From contig OZ024748.1 in assembly GCA_964016885.1 (NCBI GenBank), positions 41,602,001 to 41,666,000 of the forward strand: a stretch of DNA of 64,000 bases. The letters run 5' to 3'. Origin of the DNA: Eledone cirrhosa (Eukaryota). The notes beneath the pieces are model-generated. The model worked only from the letters and a program-made list of their open reading frames with translations. It was not told the origin of the DNA and did no database searches. Below, in pieces: positions 28,401-39,739 of the stretch; positions within the stretch are counted from its first letter, which is position 1, and each line of letters starts with the position of its first letter. Made by a program: the position numbers and the translations under genes.

Positions 28401-28487
28401 CACCGCCACTATCTAGATAGAAACACCCCTACTATCTAGATAGAAACACCGCCACTATCTTGATAGAAACACCCCTACTATCTAGAT
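22415..28487. repeat. 23-bp minisatellite (TAGATAGAAACACCGCTACTATC) split by an LTR element
   Basis: Array at 22415-25086 and 27110-28487; unit junctions recreate the palindrome CTATCTAGATAG. Confidence 0.96.
25087..27109 (+). mobile_element. Non-autonomous LTR retrotransposon (Gypsy-like, TRIM/LARD type)
   Basis: LTRs at 25087-25437 and 26773-27109 (TGTAGCA...TGTTATA). PBS TGGTGACCCCGA at 25440 (tRNA-Trp-like). Purine tract before the 3' LTR. 4-bp TSD CACC. No gag/pol ORF inside. Confidence 0.9.
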
Positions 28488-28599
28488 ATTACTAAAATAG
28501 ATTTATAACTGTGAAAAATTAATATCGTCTGAAATAAAAACAAATTTATTCGGTATAGAGCAACAAAGTGGTTTTGTTAACTGTCTGTAGAGATCTGTA

Positions 28600-28915
28600 G
28601 CACCTACTGGAGTCGTAGGTGGCATCGTCGTATAGGGTGCAGTCGTAGGGCACCGTCGTATAGGGCTCAGTCGTAATGGGGAACAGTCTTAGGGACTTTA
28701 AACCTCCCAAAACCCATCTATGTCTGAACACAACGGATTTCTTCCAGAGGAGTAAGGATGAGCGAAAAGATAGAGAGAATGAATCGTCCCAGTACTGGAC
28801 TGGTTCTTTATTTTATCGACCTTGATGTGCTAAAAGACAAAGTTGACCCCAGTGGCATGATTAGAACTCAGAGACAGCAGTCAGCCGGAACAAATACCGC
28901 AAGGTATTCTGTTTT
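28600..28915 (-). mobile_element. Degenerate tRNA-derived SINE, long-tailed variant
   Basis: CCCAGTACTGGACTGGT..TTTTATCGAC..AAAGTTGAC body as in the other copies. Confidence 0.6.
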
Positions 28916-29135
28916 GTTGATTATAAACTAGCAAATATTTTAATATTCTGGCAGAAATTAAATATTAAAATATGTCGTACCACATGTAGCAAGTTATCAT
29001 ACACAGACACAGACATAATCACACACACACAGACATACACACACACAGACAGACAGAAAGACACCCACAAAGAGACACAGACAGACACAGAGACACAGGC
29101 ATAAACATAGACACACCCACATACACACAGAGACA

Positions 29136-29175
<40 letters not shown>

Positions 29176-29339
29176 GACACACATTCGGCATTTAAGGTGA
29201 CATGGAGGAGGGAGTTGAACTCAGCCCACAAAGTCGGAACAGATATCACAAGACATCACGTCCGATTCTTTAACAATTCCAATATACAACCCATGCTGGG
29301 TTGGTACTTTATTTATCGACCCAGAAATTATGAATGACA

Positions 29340-29490
29340 CGTTTCTACATAGTTTCCGTCAAGTCAGTTTCCCCTCTCAAAAGTTTGGGGTCGACCCGAG
29401 GCTATAGTACAGACACTTAAAGATGTCACTTAATAACATTGAACCTGGGAGCTAAAGATTGCGAATCGAACTTCTTAATCACTGAAATAT
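29340..29490 (-). mobile_element. SINE fragment resembling Octopus OK-type SINEs
   Basis: GGTCGACCCGAGGCTATAGTACAGACACTT...TTGAACC recalled as octopus SINE-like; not verified by alignment. Confidence 0.45.
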
Positions 29491-29539
29491 GCCAGCTTCC
29501 AACAACATCAATATAAACTTTATAGTATTGATGAATATA

Positions 29540-29756
29540 ATGGTTTCTTATGTAGGCACAAGGCCAGCAATTTTGGGGGAGGGCAATGTCGATTAAATCG
29601 ACCCCAGTACGTGACTGGTACTTTATTTTATCGACCCTGTAAGGATAAAAGGCAAAGTTAACCTCGGCGGGATTTGAACTCGGATCATAAAGGGACGTAA
29701 CTCTATGATGCAAAGCATTGCGTCCGACCCTCTACTGACGCTGCCAATCCCCCGCT
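29540..29756 (-). mobile_element. tRNA-derived SINE, short variant
   Basis: Full head (GCGGGGGATTGGCAG...) and body; reverse complement of the copy at 36662. Confidence 0.8.
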
Positions 29757-29833
29757 CTAGTATTGAATATAATATAAATATCACACATACACACACACGG
29801 CTGTATCGATATATATAGAGCATAGTGAATAAT

Positions 29834-30347
29834 ATGAGGGTAGGCTGAAAACTTTATATGCTGACCAAGATACTCTCATGGAATGACCAAATGAGGTCTA
29901 TTTTTCAACATAGTCCATGGAAAGAAGCAATGCAGTTAATAAGAAGAGTTGAAGTTAATTGTTTCTACTTTAGGCACAAGCAATTTAAAGGGGGGGGGTC
30001 AATTAAAACGACCCCCAGTGTGTTACTGGTATTTTATTTTATCGACTCCCGTAAGGATGAAAGGCAAAGCTAACCTCGGCAGGATTTGAACTCAGAACGT
30101 AAAGGGCCGTAACTATACCGCGAAGCATGGTGTCTGACAGAAGAGTTGAAATTAATGCATGTAAGATTTCTCAGCTCTAGCATCACCCTTCATAGGCTGA
30201 CCAAGATACTCTCTTGTAATCACAAAATAAGGTTTATTTTTCGATATAGTCCCTGGAAAGAAACAATGAAGTTATATTAATAAAAGTTTTCACAGCTCTA
30301 GCATCACTCCATAGTCTGTCTATGTACTTTTCAGTCGACCCTCGTAT
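29834..30347. mobile_element. Tc1/mariner-type MITE with a nested SINE (~29960-30140, - strand)
   Basis: TIRs TATGAGGGTAGGCTGAAAAC...TTTTCAGTCGACCCTCGTA; AGAAGAGTTGAA is duplicated on both sides of the SINE. Confidence 0.7.
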
Positions 30348-30648
30348 AGTGTATGAAATGTGTGCTGTGAATGTGGAGCCAAATAATTTGCTCAGTATCC
30401 GATAGCAACAGTGTTTCGCTTCTGAGGTGAATGTTCTACAGTCACTGATAGAAATGATGGGAGGGAAGGAAGGGGTGGAGGAGCATAAAGAGGGGGAGGG
30501 AGGAGCTAAACACTGGGCGTGTGTGGTGGGGTAAGGGCCTTCCCTTTTCAGTGTTCATTGGGAGAAGGGGTGCCCCCCCTCTCTCTCACTCCCTCTCTCA
30601 GCCTTGTAGACCTATTTACCAATATCACTATTACCAATTTATCTAAAC

Positions 30649-31129
30649 GGTTTTCCTTTGTGTGATAGCTATGGCGAAAGAGGTTGTATGGTGGACGAGG
30701 TTAAAAGGGCTGAGGTCAGACACCTTTCTCTCCGGCCAACAACTGATTCTTTTTTTCAAATACCACTTTGGAAGAAGAATCAGGATGGAGAGAGAGGTGC
30801 TGTACCCCAGCAAGTTTTATGAAAGGTGGGTGAAAGTGGCGAGAATGGCCCGAGTGAATGGGCCTTCTCTTCTCTAAGCCTGTAGGTTGAGGAAAAGGAG
30901 GAGGAGGAGGAGAGGAAAGGAGTAAAACTCTTCGTACTCCTGGAGATGAGGGTTTCACATTTTTTCGGGGGTATGTGTTACCCATATGAACTGTCTCCCC
31001 CTATTGGGGAAAATCGACTAATTTATTAAATTGCATTTGTGATAACATTTTACACGTTTTTATTGTATGTAAACTTCCTCCTTTGTATTTGTCCCCTTCT
31101 TTTGTGCCCCTGTGGCTAATAAAGAAACA
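30649..31129 (+). mobile_element. Short 3' fragment of the Tx1/L1 LINE
   Basis: ORF 30662-30877 is homologous to 16368-16589; same 3' UTR; TSD TATCTAAAC at 30640-30648 and 31130-31138. Confidence 0.88.
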
Positions 31130-31170
31130 TATCTAAACATCACTAATTAACTAACTAGCAATCCTATCCT

Positions 31171-34100
31171 CGGATGATATAGACGTAGGTAACTTCAGCT
31201 CCTGCCTTTTGGGAATATTTTACGTGTTAACAGTAAGTGTTTGTTTGTATTTTGTGTCCCCGTGTGAATTAACCTCCCGCCTAAGTTTGTAGACAGGGGG
31301 TAATTTTATTTTTACCCCTTTTGGGGGTAAAAACTACCTTTTAAAAATATTTTGTTGACGTATATGTCAATAATGAACGCCATGAACAACAACAACTCTG
31401 CCACGCCCCCTGACGAAAGTGAGAGAAAGGAACAACAAATGAATGTACTTGAAACTTCCCCCCTCTCACTTTCAAATACGATTATGGACAATGTTTCTAC
31501 TATAAATTGTGAAAATGTGGGTAAAAACCCCAAAAATGTTAACATGAAATTGTATGAAAATACAAACGACACAAACACACAGAAACTGCAAAACAACATC
31601 AACATGGACAAAGAAAACACAGAAAAAATAGAAAAAAGTAACGAAAAAGAAAACAACGGGTACAAGGATAATGGAAAGGTTTCCCTTGCACAAACTTCGA
31701 AAAAAACCCTTGAATACCTGCCAGTAGACATAAGCAACGCTAAGGAGCTACTGGCAACTACAAACACCCCAACCCCAACACACACTGATGCCACACACTA
31801 CCCCCCACCACCCATGGAAATTGTGCGGCCTGGTCCCCGGGACGCAGAGAGGTAGGTGCCTCCTTTTTCTCTTTACCACCAACATGGCTGTATTGAGAGT
31901 GGCTTGTCTAAATGCGCGTGGCCTGGGCTCATATTGAAAGCAAGCAAAACTTCTAAATGACCTCAGGTCACGCTGTATAAATGTGATGGTCATTTGCGAG
32001 GCCCGGATCAGCAGCTCCCACCTTTGACGACTTTGAGATGCACGCATCTCTCTGTCAGCCCGGAGGTGAGGGTGGGGTTGTCGTTCTGCTGCAAAAACAT
32101 CTGGGTCTCACCGCACAGACGGTACACCTGGACCCGGAGGGTCGACTGGTGATTTTAGGCGTTGGCAGTGGTGAAGGCGGAGCCTTTACGCTGGTCGCTG
32201 CCTACACCCATTTTGGTTCAGCGCGGCCGGACTTCTTCCAACGTCTGGAGACTTTTCTGTGGGGGACTGGAATGGTATCCTAGATGCACGTTTGGACTAT
32301 GTAGGGGCATGTCCCGATAGAGGGGGGTGTAACAGCCTCAAGGGGTTAATCGGCCGATAGATATTGACTAGATTTTCCGACTGCGCCAACCTGGACTTGG
32401 GCAAACCGCAGCGGATCATCTAGGTCGTACCTAGATAGGGTCCTAGTTAGAAATAAGGATAGGGACCTTTTAAGCTGTCCAGAGATGCTCATGGTTGGCT
32501 ATTCGGACCACAAATTAGTGACCTGCATACTCAACCTTGATAGAACCTATAGACAGGGACCCGGTTACTGGAAACTGAACTTGTCCTTACCGGCAAGTAA
32601 AGTGTACAGGGACCGGATTAGTACTTTAGTTAAGGAGCGGTTGACGGGAGCGATTGTCAACAGCAGGTGGTGGGGATCTCTCAAAAGAGAGATTATAATA
32701 GTTTCAATAGGATTTAGTAAGGAGTTAGCCTCAGATAGAAATAGAAAGGAAAGGGAGTTGGTAGATAGTGTAGAAGAGGCAATTAGAAGTGGCGACGTGG
32801 CCAGAGTGCTAGCGTCGAGAACGGCCCTGGGCCAGTTCTTTGACGCGAAGCACGAATGCTGCGTTGTCCGAAGCAAAATACGTGCTCTAGGAAACGAAGG
32901 GACCAAAGCTGTTAGCTGGGCCCGCGTGACAGAAGCCAAAAGAGGGATTAGATCCACTATCCGGTCTTTGCAAGACCAGGATGGACGGGTGATCCTTGAA
33001 CCTAAGCAGATGTGCGAGGCTTTTCAAAAGCACTTTGCCAGATTGTTCGGGAGGGGTGGGGGACCGGATGGGGATGTGGACGTCGGTCCATACCTCGACG
33101 GCCTGCAACGTCTTTCGGACGAGGAGGCGAAGTCCTGCGAGGGGCCGATTTTAGCAGCTGAGATAGAGGACGTGCTGAGCCAATGCAGCAAACGCAAATC
33201 CCCGTGTCTCGATGGTCTTCATACGAACTTTATTTAGCTATGCCGGACTTATTCGATCTCCTCGAAGCGGTCTACTGCAACTGGCAACAGAACGGGAGAA
33301 TTTCCTGTTCTGTGACCAATGGCGTAGTCTCGCTAGTGAGGAAGGACGAGAATAAGGGGGGTGAGATTAGCAATTTTAGGCCCATAATTCTGCTAAATGC
33401 AGAGTTAAATATTTTGGCCAAGGTATTAGCAAAGAGGTTGGCGCTTGTCGTGGGCAACCTGGTGGGAGATGCGCAGACATGCGCTATCCCGTCCAGGTCC
33501 ATTCACGACAACCTCCACCTCATGCGATACATCATAGAGAGGGTAGGGAATGAACCCGGCTTTGGTGGGGCCCTGATCAACTTGGATCAGTCTAAGGCGT
33601 TCGATAGGGTCGACCATGGTTACCTGGATGCAGTGCTAGCGGCGGCAGGTTTCGGACCCGTTTTCAGGGGCTAGATCACTGCCATGCACAGCAGCCGCAT
33701 CTGCTCTAGAGTCAAGGTGAACGGCTACCTATCGGAGCCGTTCGAAATCCCGCGGGTCCATCCGACAGGGGTGCCCTCTCTCCTCTCTTCTGTATGTATT
33801 GGCCCTCGAGCCACTGCTGCGGAAGTTGGAGTTGTTGCAGGGCATCCCCTTGGAACCGGGATTGCGGAAAGCGGTGTCGGCCTACGCCGATGACGTAACA
33901 GTAATGGTGTCGACCACCTCGGAAATCGGGGAGATCGGCACCTTACTGGAGGAGTATGTAAGGTTTACAGGGGCTAAACTGAACCGGGACAAGTCGATCG
34001 GTTTGCAACTCGGCACGTGGAAGGGCAAACCGATGCCCTCTGATGGCGTCGTCGGACGCTGGACGGAGGGCCCGGTGAAGTTGCTCGGGGTCTGGTTTGG

Positions 34101-34924
34101 ACCAGACCTCCAGGTGGAGAAGAACTGGGGTGAGGTATCGAACAGGGTGTTTGCACTGACCCAGAAGTGGGGCGAGTGCAAACTATCCCTAAAAGGTCGG
34201 GCGGAGGTGGCGAACACTTATATAGCGTCCGTCATCTACTACCGCCTAACCGTCGTGCCTTGCCCAAGGGAAACGCTCTCCAAAATGGAGCGCGCACTCT
34301 TCCAATTCCTTTGGAAGAAGCGGGCACCTTTGGTGAGGAGATCCATCTGCTGTCAACACCCTTCGAAAGAGGGCTGGGGATGCCGTGGCTGCTGATGCGT
34401 AAACACGCATTAAGGCTACGGCATCTCCAGGTATTCCTCACCGGTCAACCGGTGTGGGCCCCGTTTGTGAGACGAACATTTCCGAGACTCGTCTCACTCA
34501 CCGAGCTGCAATCTTGGGTCAAGCAGAGACCGAGAAAACTGGGCGCCTGGCACACCGAGTGTGCCCAGGCGCTCACGGCTCTCTGGCGGGTGGACCCGGC
34601 TATCAGTGAAAACTCCACCTCGACATTCTATAGAGGGCTGGTGCGCAGCAGGTGCGACGACGCCCTTGGAGAAGCCCAAGGCATGGAGGAAGACGAACTG
34701 GCCAGCCTGTTCGGTAGGACATTTGGCCCTGGACCTGGCAGTGCTACCGAGGGGTGGGGTGGGGGCGACCCCAAAACGCCCCTCCCTATTGAGGACTTCG
34801 ATTGTTTTATTTTATTTGTAATAGTTTTGTACTCGTTTTTTTTTTATGTAACCCCCCCCCCCCCTTGTATTTGTCCCTTTCTTTTGTGCCCGGGTGGCAA
34901 ATAAATAGAAACTTATCTATTTAT
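31171..34924 (+). mobile_element. Decayed, near-full-length Tx1/L1-clade LINE (ORF1 remnant, APE endonuclease, RT)
   Basis: Asn/Lys-rich ORF1 N-terminus at 31352-31855. APE start MAVLRVACLNARGL at ~31883, then SDHK, GYWKLN, FRPI, DQSKAFDRV and AYADD. Multiple stops and frameshifts. Candidate TSD CTATCCT. Confidence 0.9.
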
Positions 34925-34962
34925 CTATCCTAGTTTAGATGTGCCTTTGCGCATATAGGCTC

Positions 34963-35051
34963 GCATATCTGACGAGATGTCGAAAAATAGTCGGGCCCCG
35001 TCATATTGATTGTATCCTGAGCTGATCGATATCGAAATTATTGTCATATGC
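34963..35051 (+). ncRNA. Type-I hammerhead ribozyme with extended stem II
   Basis: gcatat-CTGACGA-GATGTCGA-(~42 nt)-TCGATATC-GAAA-ttattG-TC-atatgc: perfect 6-bp stem I, 8-bp stem II, GUC cleavage triplet, then AATAAA. Confidence 0.8.
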
Positions 35052-35219
35052 AAATAAAGTTTGTAGGTATGTGGCAACAGTGACTTCGACTCAAATCTAT
35101 TTACACTCTACACACTATAGCCACAACACATTCCACACGAGACGGACATCGTAATAGTATTGAGTGCTTCGAACGAGGCACCGCTTGTAACTTGTTACTC
35201 ATCTAACTAACATTGGTAT

Positions 35220-35546
35220 GGTCCCATAACTCCTGATAGAATCGTAGGAGCACCGTATTGACATACGGCGTTTCTTGGGCATTTTAACCCCGACGGAGCC
35301 CATCTCATCTCCAGGCCTGAGTATAGCACATTTCTTCCAGAGAAAGATAGAAAGTGAGAGAGAGAAGAAGTGAGAAAGAGATATAGAGGAAGAATCTACC
35401 CCAGTACCAGACTGGTACTTTTATTATCGACCTAGAAAGGATGAAAGGCAAAGTTGACCTTGGCGGGATTTGAACTCAAAGAGCAGAGAGCCGGAACAAA
35501 TACTATAACGCATTCTAACCGACGTTCTAACGACTGCCAATCCGCC

Positions 35547-35548
<2 letters not shown>
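35220..35548 (-). mobile_element. tRNA-derived SINE, long-tailed variant
   Basis: Minus-strand head GGCGGATTGGCAG, B-box GAGTTCAAATCCC, conserved body. Confidence 0.75.
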
Positions 35549-35596
<48 letters not shown>

Positions 35597-35651
35597 AAGA
35601 TGGCGTAGGACAGAACAAAGGAGAGGCACAAAACAAAGAGAAGAATCCCCA

Positions 35652-35694
35652 GTCACTGAAGAGGTCACAGAATGTGTGACGAAAGAACTTTGAC
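35652..35694 (+). ncRNA. Minimal hammerhead-like motif
   Basis: gtca-CTGAAGA-gGTCACAgaatgTGTGAC-GAAA-gaac-TT-tgac; one extra G at the base of stem II. Confidence 0.55.
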
Positions 35695-35825
35695 AATATA
35701 TGAACAACCGTCCGGTTGTGGAACCAACCAACTGCAAATTTATAAATTCTTAAATTTATAATAAATTGGAGTGAAAGCAACTGGTGCGTGTGTTTCTTAT
35801 TGGCAACATGACCCTCCCAAAGTAT

Positions 35826-35879
<54 letters not shown>

Positions 35880-35920
35880 AAATAAATAAGTCAAATATCT
35901 ACAATTTGGCTTCGTTTATT

Positions 35921-35975
35921 ACTGCTATATATATTTCGGTGACAACCATCTTTGGCTGTGACCTCTTCAGGCAGT
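35921..35975 (-). ncRNA. Minimal type-I hammerhead ribozyme, family B, intact core
   Basis: Reverse complement reads actgc-CTGAAGA-ggtcacagccaaagatggttgtcacc-GAAA-tatata-TA-gcagt-aataaa. Confidence 0.8.
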
Positions 35976-36075
35976 CCGAATTGGTGTGGTAGAGACCGGT
36001 ACACTTGTTATCGCAGTATTGACGGAGTTAAGCGCCTCAACAACAAGTGTACCGGTCTCTACCACGCCAATTCGG

Positions 36076-36130
36076 ACTGCCTGAAGAGGTCACAGCCAAA
36101 GATGGCTGTCACCAAAATATATATAGCAGT
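36076..36130 (+). ncRNA. Hammerhead, family B, with G12A core mutation (predicted inactive)
   Basis: Same fold, but GAAA reads AAAA at 36114. Confidence 0.7.
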
Positions 36131-36429
36131 AATAAACGAAGCCAAATTGTAAATATTTGACTTATTTATTTTATTTTACATTACTCCGGAGTAACCAAAC
36201 CAACCTGCACACTTCGTCGTGTGCTCCAACCTGCATACTAGGTGTCGGTAAACAACCAACATATACTAATATATATATATATATATATGAGTCTAGAAAT
36301 AGCCGTCGAAACGGCTTGAACTCTGCCGTCGGGGTCAAACATTTTCCTATTACCCACTCTACTACCCTAAGTATTGAGTACTATGGTGCGTTATGGTCCA
36401 TCTGGTTCCTTACCACACTTCCTTCCTTC

Positions 36430-36584
<155 letters not shown>

Positions 36585-36591
36585 CGAAGGA

Positions 36592-37060
36592 AGAAAACAT
36601 TTCACTTTGGGGCAATTGTGTAAGAAACGGCACATGGCTCTCCATGAGCTCATTATTAAAGGGCAGGGGATTGGCAGTATCGGTAGAGGGTCGGACGCCA
36701 TGCTTTCCAGCATAGTTACGTCCCTTTACGATCTGAGTTCAAATCCCGCCGACGTTGACTTTGCTTTTCATCCTTACGGGGTCGATAAAATAAAGTACCA
36801 GTAATGCACTGGGTATTTGCTGGCTTTGGGCCTAAAGTAGAAACAATTATTAAAGAGAGTGTAGACACTTATATTTATCTCACCTGGGAGATGAGGTAGA
36901 TAGGTATGTATGTATATATATACACACCTATCTATCTCGCTACCTACCTCATCTCCCAGGTGAAATAAATATAAGTGTCTACACTCCCGCTCTTTAATAA
37001 TGAGCTCAGGGAGAGCCATGTGTCGTTTCATACACAATTGCTCCAAAGTGAAATGTTTTC
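36592..37060. repeat. Long palindrome with a SINE inserted in its left arm
   Basis: 36592-36660 plus 36856-36900 pair with 36940-37060; ATTATTAAAG is duplicated on both sides of the SINE. Confidence 0.85.
36662..36845 (+). mobile_element. tRNA-derived SINE, short variant
   Basis: GGCAGGGGATTGGCAGTATCGGTAGAG head, GAGTTCAAATCCC B-box, ~10-bp TSD. Confidence 0.85.
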
Positions 37061-37942
37061 TATTAATTGACAGTTTTTCTGTCTTATTGGCAAAACCAGG
37101 AATCAAACACAAATACGAAATTTCTCACTTCAGCAGCATCGCTCGGGGGAACGTGTGTGTGTGTGTCTGTCTGTATATCTGTGTGTGCGTGCGTGTACGT
37201 ATATATATGTATGTGTCTCTATCTGTACGTATGTATGTATGTGTGTGCATGTATGTATGTATATAAAGACACACACGTGTGTGTGTATATATGTGTGATA
37301 TATGTGTGTGTGGTCATTATCTCTAATAAAATCCACTATATGCTGTTATTTTATTTCACTGTCAACACTTTTCCCATGTGTGTTGTAGTTATTGTTGTCT
37401 GCTTTTTCCTTATTTCTTAATTTCTTTGTATCCCCCACCACCACCTCTTCCAGTTGTAATTATTTACAGTCTCCTGTTGTTGTTGTTGTTGTTGTTGTGG
37501 TTTACAAAGTCCTCGGAAGGAGAAGCAAAAACTGTCAAACATCCACCTTCGTATTTGTTTATGAAAATAAACCCAAAATTGTTCAAAATTTCATATAATC
37601 TCTCAATCTTGCAATGTATCAATCCTGTGATGTATCAATAATATCTATCCAGCGATGTATTATTCCGACCGTTAACCAACACTAAAAACTGATTTTATAT
37701 TCACTGATGGGGGTCTATTAGACTGAAACATTCCTTAATACAACATTACGTTTAATTCTTTAGACTTTTTGTTTGATTCTCCAAGGATTTAAAATTATCA
37801 TCTTAACACAATGCTTTCAAAATCTGCATCGAAACCCAGTAACTATGGTTTTATTTCAAATATCTCCAAGTCTTTCTTCTGTCTTTTAGAAATTCTATGA
37901 TTACCAATTTATATTTCAGCAAGAAGAGTACAGCTAATAAAA

Positions 37943-38233
37943 ATGTGTCGAAGACTGGTTCTGTGTGTGGCAACCTTACTTAGCTTAGCTTTATGTCAAA
38001 TGCAAATGTCCCACGTAGAAGCGGCTCACACACCTGTTTATGATCAACAAGCTCCACTGAAATTCGGAAGAAGAGGTTTAAACCCCAACGTTAACAGTCT
38101 ATTTTTCGGCAAACGAGGAGGAGGTGGAGCAATGGCGGAAGAGCTGAGTCACGTTGATCTGAGCAGACAGTGTATGGCAGCCATGTCTGTCTGTAATATA
38201 TTCTTTGATTTGAAGTCAGAAACTAAAAGATAA
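37943..38233 (+). CDS. FFa: FFamide (SIFamide-related) neuropeptide precursor
   Basis: Hydrophobic signal peptide; ...APLKF-G-RR; GLNPNVNSLFF-G-KR, the molluscan FFamide signature; C-terminal C-x6-C peptide as in SIFamide precursors. Acceptor TTTCAG ends at 37919; donor GTAAGT starts at 38235. Confidence 0.93.
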   Translation: MCRRLVLCVATLLSLALCQMQMSHVEAAHTPVYDQQAPLKFGRRGLNPNVNSLFFGKRGGGGAMAEELSHVDLSRQCMAAMSVCNIFFDLKSETKR

Positions 38234-38412
38234 AGTAAGTCGTTTATTGGTTTGTTTTGTTTCTTGTTTGGCTGTTAGCCTGATCGAATACCTATCGATT
38301 AAACGGCTGAATACGATGTTGATTGATTACTTGTTATATACAAGTGTGTATAGAGAGAGATGTATATGAAAACATACGTTTATATACACACACACACATA
38401 TATATTATGCAT

Positions 38413-38459
<47 letters not shown>

Positions 38460-38619
38460 TTAATATAAACTTGATGGTGCTGATCTTTGCAATCTAAACT
38501 CTGCTGCTGGAGAAAAATATCTCTCGTTGATGTGTATTCTGCAACTGGCGGAGTGTAGCATCACACGATATATGTATATATATATATAGAGAGAGAGAGA
38601 TTTTGAGTTTATGTTGGTT

Positions 38620-38830
38620 GTATACCAACACCTCAGTATGCAGGCTGGAGCACTCGACGAAGTGCGCAGGTTGGTTTGGTTACTCCGGAGTAGTGTAAAA
38701 TAAAGTTAAATAAAAGTCAAATGATTAAAATTTAGCTTCGTTTATTACTGCTATATATATTTCAGTGACAGCCATCTTTGGCTGTGACCTCTTCAGGCAG
38801 TTTGAATTAGTATGGTATAGACAAGTACAT
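38620..38830 (-). mobile_element. Inverted copy of the family B pLTR-like element, with a hammerhead at 38747-38801 (-)
   Basis: Reverse complement of ~36045-36260; reads actgc-CTGAAGA-ggtcacagcc...ggctgtcact-GAAA-tatata-TA-gcagt. Confidence 0.82.
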
Positions 38831-38968
38831 ATGTTGTTTATGTGTATGGTATTGTCAATACTCTGATATGCCCAGTTCCTTGCTGGGTTGTTAATTCACT
38901 GGGGAACTGGAGTCATATATATATATATATATGATAAAAAGGGCGCTGCGGAGTTGCAAATGGGTTAC

Positions 38969-39059
38969 ATATGAAAAAAGTTTGTCCTTCATCAGTGATC
39001 TTCCAACCATGACGAAATGCCTATGATGGTTGGAAGATCACTGATGAAGGACAAACTTT

Positions 39060-39067
<8 letters not shown>
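38969..39067. repeat. Short palindrome whose arms carry CTGATGA (truncated hammerhead half)
   Basis: ~42-bp perfect arms, 15-nt loop. Confidence 0.85.
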
Positions 39068-39115
<48 letters not shown>

Positions 39116-39283
39116 GTCTGGGAAGTGATATATTTGATATATCTCATATGAAATGATACAGCCAATTCTCCACACAATACAATATAGTTAACACCCCGAA
39201 CGTTTAAATAGGAATATACTCAGATATTTCCTGTTTGTTGAGTGAGTTGGGATTTGGCCGGAGTATCGCTATTAGCTTTCTCC

Positions 39284-39320
<37 letters not shown>

Positions 39321-39501
39321 GATAAATCTACCAAGAGTTTACGGTAGTGTCCAATCCGTATGAAGAACTCAATGTATTCCGGATATCATGGAAAGAAGAG
39401 ATGTAATGAAAAACCACTTTCAGTGAAAGATAAACGGTATACAGAGTCAAGATAAAATATTAAACGGTATACAGAGTCAAGATAAAATATTAAAATGTTT
39501 A

Positions 39502-39539
<38 letters not shown>

Positions 39540-39629
39540 GTGAAAACTAAAATCCGAAGAGGGTTCGATAAGGATTATATAAACTATATAATATATATAA
39601 ATATAAAACCCGTAGAGCAAATATTTATT

Positions 39630-39739
39630 ATAAGAGCAGATTAAAGTTTAAGCAAAGAATCGCTGCTTTCGCCCTTAACAGGATCTTCTGAAACTGGTGA
39701 AAGCAGCGATTCTTTGCTTAAACTTTAATCTGTTCTTAT
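39630..39739. repeat. Short palindrome (~44-bp arms)
   Basis: ATAAGAGCAGATTAAAG...GCTTTCGCC pairs with GGTGAAAGC...TCTGTTCTTAT. Confidence 0.85.

Larger units (their letters stand above)
35873..36178. repeat. Fold-back palindrome (~135-bp arms), Penelope pLTR-like, family B
   Basis: Arms are reverse complementary around a ~30-nt spacer at ~36010-36041. Confidence 0.92.

Noticed and set aside
36662-36760. tRNA gene
   Set aside because: A/B-box-like head continues into a multi-copy SINE body with a TSD; no cloverleaf.
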